43,666 nt of DNA from Candidatus Moraniibacteriota bacterium (GTDB lineage: Bacteria > Patescibacteriota > Minisyncoccia > Moranbacterales > GCA-2747515), in NCBI GenBank assembly GCA_029938745.1, contig JAOZUJ010000001.1:1-43666 (forward strand), in the 5' to 3' direction. Below, piece after piece: positions 1-8,614 of the stretch. The notes beneath the pieces were generated by a model. It was given only the letters and a program-made list of their open reading frames with translations, had not been told where the DNA came from and searched no databases. The position numbers and the translations under genes were made by a program. How positions within the stretch are numbered: the first letter of the stretch is position 1; each line of letters begins with the position of its first letter.

Positions 1-58
1 TTTTACATTTAATGACATTCATATAGTACCATATTCATATAATATACAACATACATTT

Positions 59-87
59 TTGCATTAAAGTACTGTACATATTATAAT
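59..87 (+). promoter_or_regulatory. sigma70-type promoter upstream of 118..591
   Basis: TTGCAT (59-64), 17-nt spacer, TATAAT (82-87), about 30 nt upstream of the ATG at 118. Confidence 0.5.
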
Positions 88-117
88 AAATACATAATTT
101 CATAATACCGATATATC

Positions 118-591
118 ATGACAGACTTAACACAAACAATAAGCGGCCTCATCAATCAAAGTGATCTATCCGATGATGACAAAGAGGATTTCACACTTTT
201 TTTGGACGGTGCAACTGACGAAGAACTCTCACAAATGATCGAGATGTTCACAGATCGTCCAGATGAACTTATATCTTTTTGGTCTTCACTGAAAGAAAGA
301 CTCATTTTCCTCCAATTGCTTGATGAAAATACAGAATTTTCAGATGAGGCAAAAAGTGATATTAGTGAACGTGTATCACAAATGAGTGACGAAGAATTTG
401 GTGCGCTTACCAGTGCGATACAAGAATTAAACGACGGTGCAAATCCAAAAGAAAAAATGGAAGGCTTGTCACAAGAGGCTGAAAAAAATCATGCAGAGTT
501 CATGACACTTACACAAGAATTTTTAACAAAATCACAAGAATATCAAGAAAATCTTAAACAAGATTTGCAAAATGAGGAATCTAATAATTAA
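118..591 (+). CDS. hypothetical acidic, probably all-helical protein
   Basis: 157-aa ORF rich in D/E (DDDKEDF, SDEEF); no recognisable catalytic motif; followed 19 nt later by the next ORF, so probably an operon. Confidence 0.5.
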   Translation: MTDLTQTISGLINQSDLSDDDKEDFTLFLDGATDEELSQMIEMFTDRPDELISFWSSLKERLIFLQLLDENTEFSDEAKSDISERVSQMSDEEFGALTSAIQELNDGANPKEKMEGLSQEAEKNHAEFMTLTQEFLTKSQEYQENLKQDLQNEESNN

Positions 592-609
592 TTTGAATTA
601 TAAAAAATT

Positions 610-1287
610 ATGACATTTGAAAATAGTTATGACGCAAACACAATAGATGATCTTGAAACACACCAAAAACCTGATACACAATTTGTTGCGGAGCAAATGG
701 AAAATGTAGACACGCAACAACTACTAGAACAAGAGAGCGTTGGCAAAATGAACGACGTACTCAGCAATATGGAGCAATTACTAAACGATGATTTTGTAGA
801 AAAAAATTCTGGATTATTACGAAATCTTAGCGAAAAAGCAAAAAAGGGTGCCCTTATTGGTGCGGCAGCGTTCGGCATCACTGCGGCAGCTAGCTCTCCT
901 GCGTTTGGTGAACAAATCGCGCAAAATGGAAGTATGCATATTCGCAATCCACATGAGCAAGCATTAAAACAATCTACACAAGGTATTGAAATAATACGAG
1001 CCAATCCAACAAATAGGATACGTATCCTCCCATTAAATCGAATCAGATTAGAAGGTCAACAACAAAATCGCGTAATCATAGACGGACAAAATATATACAA
1101 TGGCAATAATCGTGCATTTCAAGGACAACTAAATCAATATGAACAACGCCGAGTGCTACCTGGCGCAACGATCAATGGTGGTCCAGCATATGAAATTGCT
1201 CCTGGAGTATACGGTAATGAAAATAGCTACTATAAGAAAGGGTCTAATGGCAGTGAAGTTTCCATAGGAACAATCTCAATTGAATAA
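610..1287 (+). CDS. hypothetical protein with acidic N-terminus, one central hydrophobic segment and an N/Q/G-rich C-terminal part
   Basis: 225-aa ORF; hydrophobic stretch ALIGAAAFGITAAASSPAF; short internal repeat NRIRILPLNRIRL; no family recognised. Confidence 0.5.
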   Translation: MTFENSYDANTIDDLETHQKPDTQFVAEQMENVDTQQLLEQESVGKMNDVLSNMEQLLNDDFVEKNSGLLRNLSEKAKKGALIGAAAFGITAAASSPAFGEQIAQNGSMHIRNPHEQALKQSTQGIEIIRANPTNRIRILPLNRIRLEGQQQNRVIIDGQNIYNGNNRAFQGQLNQYEQRRVLPGATINGGPAYEIAPGVYGNENSYYKKGSNGSEVSIGTISIE

Positions 1288-1289
1288 TA

Positions 1290-1838
1290 TTAGATTTTTA
1301 CATTTTTCAACTCTTTTCTCAGTTCTTTATAATTTGGAATTGTTTTTTCTACCAAATACCAAAATTGCTTTGAATGATTCATCTCTTCTAGATGACACAA
1401 CTCATGAGCTACTATATATTCTCTGAGTTCATTTGATAAACATATCAATTTACAATTAAAATTCAAATTGCCCTCACTGCTACAACTGCCCCATCTTGTT
1501 TTTTGATGACGAATTGTAACACGATTATATGTAAAATTATAATATGAGTTAAATTGTAAAAGTTTTGCTTCAATAATTGGCTTCATGGCTATTTTCATAT
1601 GATTTATAACACACACATCTACTGTTACATACTGTGATTTGTTGCCAATGTGTTTTATGATCCACTTCTGATTTTTTTGTATTTCTCTGACAATTATTTT
1701 TTGTGTACACATTTTTGGTGCTGTCACAACCAATGTGCCATCTTGATGTACGATAAAATTAATTTGCCGTTGGCGATTACGTTTTTTGATCGTGTATGCT
1801 ATTTTTTTGTCATCAATGACAATATAATTATCTGTCAT
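1290..1838 (-). CDS. YgjP-like (DUF45) zinc metallohydrolase
   Basis: C-terminal WGSCSSEG...VAHELCHLEEMNHSKQFW with an HExxH motif, the typical DUF45/M48-like layout. Confidence 0.7.
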   Translation of the reverse strand: MTDNYIVIDDKKIAYTIKKRNRQRQINFIVHQDGTLVVTAPKMCTQKIIVREIQKNQKWIIKHIGNKSQYVTVDVCVINHMKIAMKPIIEAKLLQFNSYYNFTYNRVTIRHQKTRWGSCSSEGNLNFNCKLICLSNELREYIVAHELCHLEEMNHSKQFWYLVEKTIPNYKELRKELKNVKI

Positions 1839-1841
1839 AAC

Positions 1842-2402
1842 TTATGTAGATACATGAAAAATGCCGAGTGCAATAAGTGTGAGGAGTGTAATATTTCCTG
1901 CAATAATAATTGGTATGATTCGACTGTATTTAAATTTTAATATACCAAGTGTGATCATCAAAATATCATTTGGCATTGGCACAAACGCTGCATACAAAAA
2001 TGTAAATATGTATACACCCCAATGTGGTAAACGTGCAACAAAATTATATATTTTCATATAAAATTTATTATTTTCAATTTGCATGATATTTGCAGATTTA
2101 TATGCAACAAGAAAAAATAGTGAATCCCCTATGCTCATCCCAAGTCCACCCACAATACCCATCATCACTGGGTCAACTAATCCTGTTGTCGCATATGAAA
2201 AAAACACAGCATAAAATGATGCTGATGTTAAAAATGATGTACCAGAGACCACGGCAACGAGAAATAAACTCACATACGCATTTTGTATACCAATTGCTTC
2301 AATAAATGTCCCAACATCAATAAAAAATAAAGCAATGCTCCAGCACGTCAGACAGATTATTAATATCCATATAGCAATTTTTTTTATTTTTTGCGTTTGC
2401 AT
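1842..2402 (-). CDS. integral membrane protein (about 5 TM helices), family uncertain
   Basis: Hydrophobic ORF. The track start at 2417 is a TTG overlapping the dxs stop; the in-frame ATG at 2402 avoids the overlap, so it is preferred. Confidence 0.5.
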   Translation of the reverse strand: MQTQKIKKIAIWILIICLTCWSIALFFIDVGTFIEAIGIQNAYVSLFLVAVVSGTSFLTSASFYAVFFSYATTGLVDPVMMGIVGGLGMSIGDSLFFLVAYKSANIMQIENNKFYMKIYNFVARLPHWGVYIFTFLYAAFVPMPNDILMITLGILKFKYSRIIPIIIAGNITLLTLIALGIFHVST

Positions 2403-2403
2403 A

Positions 2404-4266
2404 TTATAATTTTGCAATAAATTTCATAATTTTCTCTTGTGATAATCTTGCATCATCCAAAATCTCATCACGTGTTCCATGTGTCGTAAATTCATCTGGC
2501 AACCCGAGATTTTTGACATTTACAGTCATATTTGCATTCAGTACGTATTCATTGATTCCACTACCTGCGCCACCCACAACAGAATTATCTTCTGCTGTGA
2601 CAAAAATATCATGCGTTTTTGCAAGTGTATCAAGTAATTTTGTGTCTAATGGTTTTACAAAGCGCATATTCACCACCGTTGTACCCAACTCATCTGCCAC
2701 GTCCAAACAGCGTTCTACCATTGCGCCAAAAGCTAGCACAGCAATTCTGCGCCCATGTCGGACAATTTGTCCCTTACCCATTTTTACTGGTGTGTCATTA
2801 TTTTCGATATACTCCTGTCCACCTCCACGTGGATATCGCACAACCGTTGGTCCCTTATGATCATACGCAACATCTAACATCTGTATACACTCATTTAGAT
2901 CTGCCGGTGCCATGATCACAACACGTGGTACACATCGCAAAAATGAAAAATCAAAACTTCCTGCATGTGTCGCTCCATCTGGACCAACAATTCCAGCTCG
3001 ATCAACTGCAAACATCACATCAAGATCCTGAATTGCAACATCATGAATAAACTGATCATACGCACGTTGCAAAAAAGTTGAATAAATCGTTACAACAGGT
3101 TTTTTTCCTTCACAGGCAAGTCCAGCAGCAAAGGTAACAGCATGTTGTTCTGCAATGCCCACATCATGATACCGATTAGCATATTTATCTCGAAACTCTT
3201 TCAGACCAGATCCCTCACACATTGCTGGTGTAATTGCATGTAATTTTTTATCACTACTAGCCCGCTTATTGATCCACATACCAAATACCTCTGTATATGT
3301 GATACTTTTCTTTCTTTTCTTTTCTACTTTTTCGCCCGTCTTTGGATTAAATGGACTAACGGCATGCAGTGATGTTGCATCACTTTTTGCATATTTATAG
3401 CCCTTACCCTTTTCCGTTATAACATGTAATAATCGTGGACCTTTGATATCTTTGATATTTTCCAATACATCAACAAGCGCACCTATGTCATGCCCATCAA
3501 TCGGACCATAATAACCAAAACCAAGCTCTTCAAAAAGAACGCCAGGCGTGATCATCCCCTTTGCCGAAAGCTCAGCTCGTCGTGCAACCTCATGCACAGT
3601 TGGCGCTTTCTTTGATAAAATTTCTTTACTACTTCTCCGTACATGCTGAAACTTTTTCGATGAAATAAGTCGTGTGAGATATTTATGCATTGCACCAACA
3701 TTTGGCGAAATAGACATCTCATTATCATTGAGGATCACCAAAATATCTGATTCAATATCTCCCGCATGATTGAGCGCCTCAAATGCCATACCACCCGTAA
3801 GTGCGCCGTCTCCGATCACTGCAACAATATACGGTGGGTTTTTCTTATCACGATTTGCTCTCTCCATACCAATAGCAGCACTAATTGATGTCGCACTATG
3901 TCCCACGCCAAATGCATCATATTTACTCTCCGTTCGCTTTGGAAATGGTGTTAAGCCTCCCTTTTGTCGAATTGTACAAAACTGATCTTTGCGTCCTGTA
4001 AGAATTTTGTGTGGATAAGCCTGATGACCAACATCCCAAATAATTCTATCTCTTGGTGTGTCAAAAACATGATGCAACGCAACAGTAAGCTCTACCACAC
4101 CCAAATTAGACCCAAAATGCCCACCAGTCTGTGCCACTGATTCAATTAAAAAAGACCGAACATCATCACCAAGCTCCCTCAACTGCTTACTATTCAAAGC
4201 ACGGACATCAGCAGAATCATCGATGTCACATAAAATGTTATATTGTTTTTGTACTTTCTTTGTCAT
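2404..4266 (-). CDS. dxs: 1-deoxy-D-xylulose-5-phosphate synthase
   Basis: 620 aa; GGHFGSNLGVVELTVALHHVF, DVGHQAYPHKILTGR, TPP-binding GDGALTGGMAFEALN; transketolase-like middle and C-terminal domains. Confidence 0.95.
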   Translation of the reverse strand: MTKKVQKQYNILCDIDDSADVRALNSKQLRELGDDVRSFLIESVAQTGGHFGSNLGVVELTVALHHVFDTPRDRIIWDVGHQAYPHKILTGRKDQFCTIRQKGGLTPFPKRTESKYDAFGVGHSATSISAAIGMERANRDKKNPPYIVAVIGDGALTGGMAFEALNHAGDIESDILVILNDNEMSISPNVGAMHKYLTRLISSKKFQHVRRSSKEILSKKAPTVHEVARRAELSAKGMITPGVLFEELGFGYYGPIDGHDIGALVDVLENIKDIKGPRLLHVITEKGKGYKYAKSDATSLHAVSPFNPKTGEKVEKKRKKSITYTEVFGMWINKRASSDKKLHAITPAMCEGSGLKEFRDKYANRYHDVGIAEQHAVTFAAGLACEGKKPVVTIYSTFLQRAYDQFIHDVAIQDLDVMFAVDRAGIVGPDGATHAGSFDFSFLRCVPRVVIMAPADLNECIQMLDVAYDHKGPTVVRYPRGGGQEYIENNDTPVKMGKGQIVRHGRRIAVLAFGAMVERCLDVADELGTTVVNMRFVKPLDTKLLDTLAKTHDIFVTAEDNSVVGGAGSGINEYVLNANMTVNVKNLGLPDEFTTHGTRDEILDDARLSQEKIMKFIAKL

Positions 4267-4315
4267 ACACTATATCTTAGCACAAATTACATAAAAATAT
4301 CTATCTTTTTATGAA

Positions 4316-5473
4316 TTATATTTTTTTCATTTTAAAAAGAAAAATACTGAATATAACAACACTTACAATTGCTGGCAAAATGAAGAAATATTGTGGATAA
4401 CTAGCCGTAAACAAGATCACGCAAAATACAATCAACCGACCAAAAACCGTTGGAATTTCACGCAAAATAATAAATTCTTCACTGTCTTTGTTCTTCACTG
4501 CACGATAAATAACGCTAAAATATGGTACAAGAAAAAGCGTCATAACAAATGAACCAAATAGCGTTACAACATAAACACTAAGTGGGACAACAACAAAAAT
4601 ACGTAGGATTGATACAATAACCATAAAGATGGAAGCGGTAAGAATTAACATACGAGCATTTTTATTCGCAGCCTTTCCAACAAATAACAAAAATAATATA
4701 CCTCCAATTGCTGATAAACTTCCAGCAATACCTGGTGCAGATAATGTTCCAATAATCAAAAATATATAAATACCCCAAAACCATTCCGATTCTTCAAGAA
4801 TATTATCAAATATCTCCAAAATAAATAATTTTTTCCTTTTTCGCATTTTTTGAAATGCTTCTCGCAATTGAGGCGTTGCTGATACGCTACTACGCTTAAT
4901 GCCAACAAGAGGAATAAATGATAAAATAAGACCGAACATTGCTAATACAAAAACTGACCAAAAACCAACCGTTGGCACAAGAATTGCACCAATCAACGGA
5001 CCAACCACTTTAAATATTTTTGGTAAGGCAAAAAAAGTAGCGAGGTCACTTCCCATTTTGTCATAATGTGTATGTTTTACAAGTAAAATATTTAGTGGAA
5101 CCCAATATGTAAATGTCGCCATACCACCAATAACAGCGACAACCCACAGTGGAATTGCATATATTGCCAAGACATACAATAAAATATAAAATAAAATTTC
5201 TATCGGATAATATAATTTCAATGTACGAATCAAGCCATATCTATTAATAAGGGGTGAAATAATAACTAATGTAAACAAAAGACCACTAATATGAAAAATC
5301 ATATAAAAGATAATAACCTCTGACAATGAATATCCTAATGTCAAAAGATAGATGGGAACATATATACTAACTACAGACAATGCAATTGCACGGAGTGTGT
5401 GTGCAATGTGAATTCGATGAATCTCCCTTTTGTTCATTAATGCTCGCAATTTCCAAAACATATTAGCTACCAT
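4316..5473 (-). CDS. multi-pass membrane transporter, MFS-like
   Basis: 385 aa with about 10-12 hydrophobic helices and a central basic loop (KMRKRKK), as in MFS permeases; substrate unknown. Confidence 0.55.
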   Translation of the reverse strand: MVANMFWKLRALMNKREIHRIHIAHTLRAIALSVVSIYVPIYLLTLGYSLSEVIIFYMIFHISGLLFTLVIISPLINRYGLIRTLKLYYPIEILFYILLYVLAIYAIPLWVVAVIGGMATFTYWVPLNILLVKHTHYDKMGSDLATFFALPKIFKVVGPLIGAILVPTVGFWSVFVLAMFGLILSFIPLVGIKRSSVSATPQLREAFQKMRKRKKLFILEIFDNILEESEWFWGIYIFLIIGTLSAPGIAGSLSAIGGILFLLFVGKAANKNARMLILTASIFMVIVSILRIFVVVPLSVYVVTLFGSFVMTLFLVPYFSVIYRAVKNKDSEEFIILREIPTVFGRLIVFCVILFTASYPQYFFILPAIVSVVIFSIFLFKMKKI

Positions 5474-5580
5474 TTAAAGAATAGACTATTTTACATATTA
5501 ACACATTAATTACAAAGAATGCCACAATATAGCCCTTTCAAGGTTCAAACTAACACTAAAGTTTTGAGAAAGTCTTGTTC

Positions 5581-5609
5581 TTGACTTTTGCACCAAAACA
5601 TTATACAAT
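5581..5609 (+). promoter_or_regulatory. sigma70-type promoter for 5661..6206
   Basis: TTGACT (5581-5586), 17 nt, TACAAT (5604-5609); AGGAGG RBS at 5650-5655. Confidence 0.55.
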
Positions 5610-5660
5610 AACATGTCAATAAAAAAACAGTTCTTTACATAAACCAAACAGGAGGCAAAA

Positions 5661-6206
5661 ATGAATAATGTAATAATAGATTTTATCAATATTTTTGTTG
5701 CATTTTTCCTATCATCATCACTTTGTTTGATGATTATTTCAAAATTTTGTCAACAATTTATAAATGATGAGATATCGGAAAGTTTTTTCTTCTTCTTTCT
5801 CTCTTTGTCTGTGAAAACACTTTTATTGACAGTAATGTTTATTATTGCTCTCACATGCCTTGGAATTCTTGCTACCTCCATAAGCTATAAGGCAATAATT
5901 ATTTGTTGCTTGTTAGCTGTAGTTATTTGGTCAATACTCATAATATTTGTTGACAGACTACGTAACATAGTTGGTGATCTACTGGGGAAGCCACGCTGTT
6001 ACAACTGCGGTAACTCTCATTTTTTGAGAAGAGATTTTGAAATACCACTAAGTGGACAAACCTTAATAGTTTGTTCAGATTGTGGTAAAGATCACAAAAA
6101 TCTCAATCCCACAGGTATTTATTTAAGATTAAGACCCGTGGGAATGAACTCAAGTGCTGCGCATGATATCGAACTTGGTGTAGAGAAATTCAAAAAAAAC
6201 TTGTAG
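5661..6206 (+). CDS. membrane protein with C-terminal zinc-ribbon
   Basis: 181 aa; three or four N-terminal TM helices, then CYNCGN...CSDCGKDH (CxxC...CxxC); strong RBS. Confidence 0.55.
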   Translation: MNNVIIDFINIFVAFFLSSSLCLMIISKFCQQFINDEISESFFFFFLSLSVKTLLLTVMFIIALTCLGILATSISYKAIIICCLLAVVIWSILIIFVDRLRNIVGDLLGKPRCYNCGNSHFLRRDFEIPLSGQTLIVCSDCGKDHKNLNPTGIYLRLRPVGMNSSAAHDIELGVEKFKKNL

Positions 6207-6216
6207 AATGGATGTT

Positions 6217-6249
6217 AAGGCCTAATTCAAAAAATTTGAATTAGGCCTT
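6217..6249 (+). terminator. intrinsic terminator hairpin after 5661..6206
   Basis: Perfect 15-bp inverted repeat aaggcctaattcaaa / tttgaattaggcctt with a 3-nt loop, then a T-containing tail. Confidence 0.6.
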
Positions 6250-6284
6250 TGACTTTTACCTTCAAATCACATAAAGTTATATGT

Positions 6285-7508
6285 ATGGATATAGATGCTA
6301 TTAAAAGAGATTACGACATTTTTACGCGAGATGAAAGCCTTATTTATCTTGACTCTTGTGCTACCTCACTTACACCGAGAATTGTTACTGCAAAGTTGTT
6401 GGAATATTATAATTCTTATAATGCAAATATTGCTCGTGGTGCTTATAAGGCAAGCACAAAGGCAACGGAAGAATTTGAAATGTCTCGTAAAGTTGTTGCT
6501 AATTTTCTCAACGCACAATTAGAAGAAGTTGTTTTTACTTCTGGAACAACTGCCAGCCTCAACATGATTGCACATGGACTAACTTCACAAATTTCAAACA
6601 CTGATAATATCGTTGTTACGGCAATGGAACATCACGCAAACTTTATCCCATGGCAACAATTATGTGAACACACTCATGCAGATTTTCGTGTTGCGCCAAT
6701 CACAGATGACGGTTTACTTGATACTGATCAATTATTGGAATTAATTGATGAGAATACAAAAATTCTTGCGCTCACACATGTTTCAAATGTACTTGGCACG
6801 ATCAATCCTATAAAAGAGCTTACACAAAAGGTACGTGCAAAAAATCAAAATACTTTAATTGTTGTCGATGCTGCGCAATCTGTGGCACACATGAAACTCG
6901 ATGTTGCTGACGTAGATTGTGATTTTTTGGCTTTTTCTATGCATAAATTATTCGGACCAACGGGTGTTGGTGTGCTTTATGGAAAAAAAGAACACTTAGA
7001 AAAACTAACACCAATTTTTACAGGCGGTGAAATGATCCAAGAAGTAACAACTGCGTGCACCACATTTCGCGAACTGCCTCACAGACTAGAAGCCGGCACG
7101 CCACACATCGCAGGAGTAATCGCAAGTCAAGAGGCCATTGCGTACGCTAAAAGTTTTGGATTTGAAAAAATTAGAGAACATGAAAAAGAATTATTAACGT
7201 ATTGTACGAATAACCTAGTAGAAAATTTTGGGGATGATATAAAAATATTTGGACCCTGTGACATTAGCCTTCGTTCTGGAGCAATCAGCTTCACATTAAA
7301 AAACCATCACCCACATGACATTGCGACAATATTAGATGACAAAAAAAATGTGGCGATAAGAGCTGGACAGCATTGTGCAATGCCACTACATTTAGAAACA
7401 CTCAAAACAAATGCAACTGCTCGTGTCAGTTTTTCTGTATACAACACAAAAGCAGACATAGACGCATTCATTGACGGACTAAAAAAAGTTGACGAAATAT
7501 TATCTTAA
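6285..7508 (+). CDS. sufS: cysteine desulfurase, SufS-type (class V aminotransferase)
   Basis: SMHKLFGPTGVGVLYG (PLP lysine) and RAGQHCAMPL catalytic-Cys loop. The ATG at 6285 is preferred over the TTG at 6249 because the TTG lies inside the upstream terminator hairpin. Confidence 0.9.
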   Translation: MDIDAIKRDYDIFTRDESLIYLDSCATSLTPRIVTAKLLEYYNSYNANIARGAYKASTKATEEFEMSRKVVANFLNAQLEEVVFTSGTTASLNMIAHGLTSQISNTDNIVVTAMEHHANFIPWQQLCEHTHADFRVAPITDDGLLDTDQLLELIDENTKILALTHVSNVLGTINPIKELTQKVRAKNQNTLIVVDAAQSVAHMKLDVADVDCDFLAFSMHKLFGPTGVGVLYGKKEHLEKLTPIFTGGEMIQEVTTACTTFRELPHRLEAGTPHIAGVIASQEAIAYAKSFGFEKIREHEKELLTYCTNNLVENFGDDIKIFGPCDISLRSGAISFTLKNHHPHDIATILDDKKNVAIRAGQHCAMPLHLETLKTNATARVSFSVYNTKADIDAFIDGLKKVDEILS

Positions 7509-7519
7509 CTAAAAAAGCG

Positions 7520-7632
7520 TGTCATCTCGAGTGTAGTGATAACGAAGTCGAGAGATCTCAAAATTATCAGATTATCACAAAATTATTCATTTAAAGATTC
7601 CTTCATTTCACTACGTTCCATCCGAAATGACA
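7520..7632. repeat. 113-nt hairpin repeat element, copy 1 (sufS-sufU spacer)
   Basis: Starts TGTCATCTCGAG and ends CCGAAATGACA (terminal inverted repeats). The first 43 nt match copy 2 at 42 of 43 positions. Internal stem tctcga/tcgaga. Confidence 0.75.
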
Positions 7633-7665
7633 ATACACAAATAATCTACTTTTTAAAATACAAGT

Positions 7666-8040
7666 ATGGACCTCTATCAAGAAGAAATTTTGGAACATTA
7701 TCATCATCCGCAAAACAGTGGCAAACTTAATAATCCCACGCATGAACGATGTGCGAACAATCCAACATGTGGTGATAAGATTTGTGTAACTATCGACGTC
7801 ATTAATGACGTCATTAATGACATCAATTTTGAAGGAGAGGGTTGTGCAATCTCACAAGCAGCAACATCAATGGTTACAGATAAAATAAAAGGTGACACAG
7901 TAGAAAATGCGCTCGCCATAACGCGCGACGATATCATTGACATACTCGGCATTGAAGTTGGCATTGGCCGCATCCGCTGTGCCCTACTTGGCATAGAAAC
8001 AATTCAAAAAGCACTCGAATATGGAAAGATCAAAAAATAA
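7666..8040 (+). CDS. sufU: SufU/IscU-like Fe-S cluster sulfur-acceptor/scaffold protein
   Basis: 124 aa with the three conserved Cys contexts NPTCGDKI, GEGCAISQA and RIRCALLG. Confidence 0.85.
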   Translation: MDLYQEEILEHYHHPQNSGKLNNPTHERCANNPTCGDKICVTIDVINDVINDINFEGEGCAISQAATSMVTDKIKGDTVENALAITRDDIIDILGIEVGIGRIRCALLGIETIQKALEYGKIKK

Positions 8041-8047
8041 TGTAATT

Positions 8048-8160
8048 TGTCATCTCGAGCGTAGTGATAACGAAGTCGAGAGATCTCAAAACGGTAAGAC
8101 TCTATTAAGATTTACTACTTAGAGATTTCTCCATTTCACCTTGCTACAATCGAAATGACA
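8048..8160. repeat. 113-nt hairpin repeat element, copy 2 (sufU-DUF59 spacer)
   Basis: Same length and termini as 7520..7632 (TGTCATCTCGAG ... TCGAAATGACA); 5' 43 nt nearly identical, centre diverged. Confidence 0.75.
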
Positions 8161-8171
8161 ATCGTAACCAT

Positions 8172-8474
8172 ATGAAAAAAGACAAAGGCTTAATAAAAAA
8201 ATTAGACGCAGTCATAGATCCAGAATTAAATATTCCCATCACAGAAATGGGACTTATTTATGGTGTAGAAAAAAAATCTGACACAACAATTAATGTACTC
8301 ATGACACTCACAACAATCGGGTGTCCTCTCTACGACGTAATACACGATGACATCGTGCGTGTACTAAAAGAAGACAAAAAGGTCAAAGAAGTAAAAATAG
8401 AACTAACCTTCGACCCACCATGGTCCCCAGAAATGATGACAGACAGCGCAAAGATGGATATTGGTTTTTTGTAA
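8172..8474 (+). CDS. DUF59/MIP18-family Fe-S assembly protein (SufT-like)
   Basis: 100 aa; VIDPELNIPITEMGLIYGVE ... LTTIGCPL, typical of DUF59. Confidence 0.75.
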   Translation: MKKDKGLIKKLDAVIDPELNIPITEMGLIYGVEKKSDTTINVLMTLTTIGCPLYDVIHDDIVRVLKEDKKVKEVKIELTFDPPWSPEMMTDSAKMDIGFL

Positions 8475-8521
8475 GTTCAAATAAAATTGGACATTATAAA
8501 TGTTCTAATCGTTATAAACGT

Positions 8522-8553
8522 AAAAAACAGCAACAAGCCTCGTTGCTGTTTTT
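8522..8553. terminator. bidirectional intrinsic terminator between convergent DUF59 gene and ispG
   Basis: A-run, stem acagcaac / gttgctgt with a 7-nt loop, then T-run. Confidence 0.65.
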
Positions 8554-8560
8554 GATTGAT

Positions 8561-8593
8561 GAACATACCATGGTATGTTCAATGGTATGTTCA
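8561..8593. repeat. 20-nt perfect palindrome plus a tandem 12-nt direct repeat
   Basis: gaacataccatggtatgttc (8561-8580) is self-complementary; atggtatgttca occurs at 8570-8581 and again at 8582-8593. Confidence 0.8.
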
Positions 8594-8614
8594 TACACAA
8601 TAGTAACCAGGTTG

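Noticed and set aside
627-1004. 125-aa antisense ORF inside 610..1287
   Set aside because: It is fully nested antisense to a longer ORF that has operon context. It has a Cys/Ser-rich low-complexity composition.
7536-7730. 64-aa ORF in the sufS-sufU spacer
   Set aside because: It is a read-through of the 113-nt hairpin repeat and overlaps the true sufU start. It has no RBS and a composition typical of a translated repeat.
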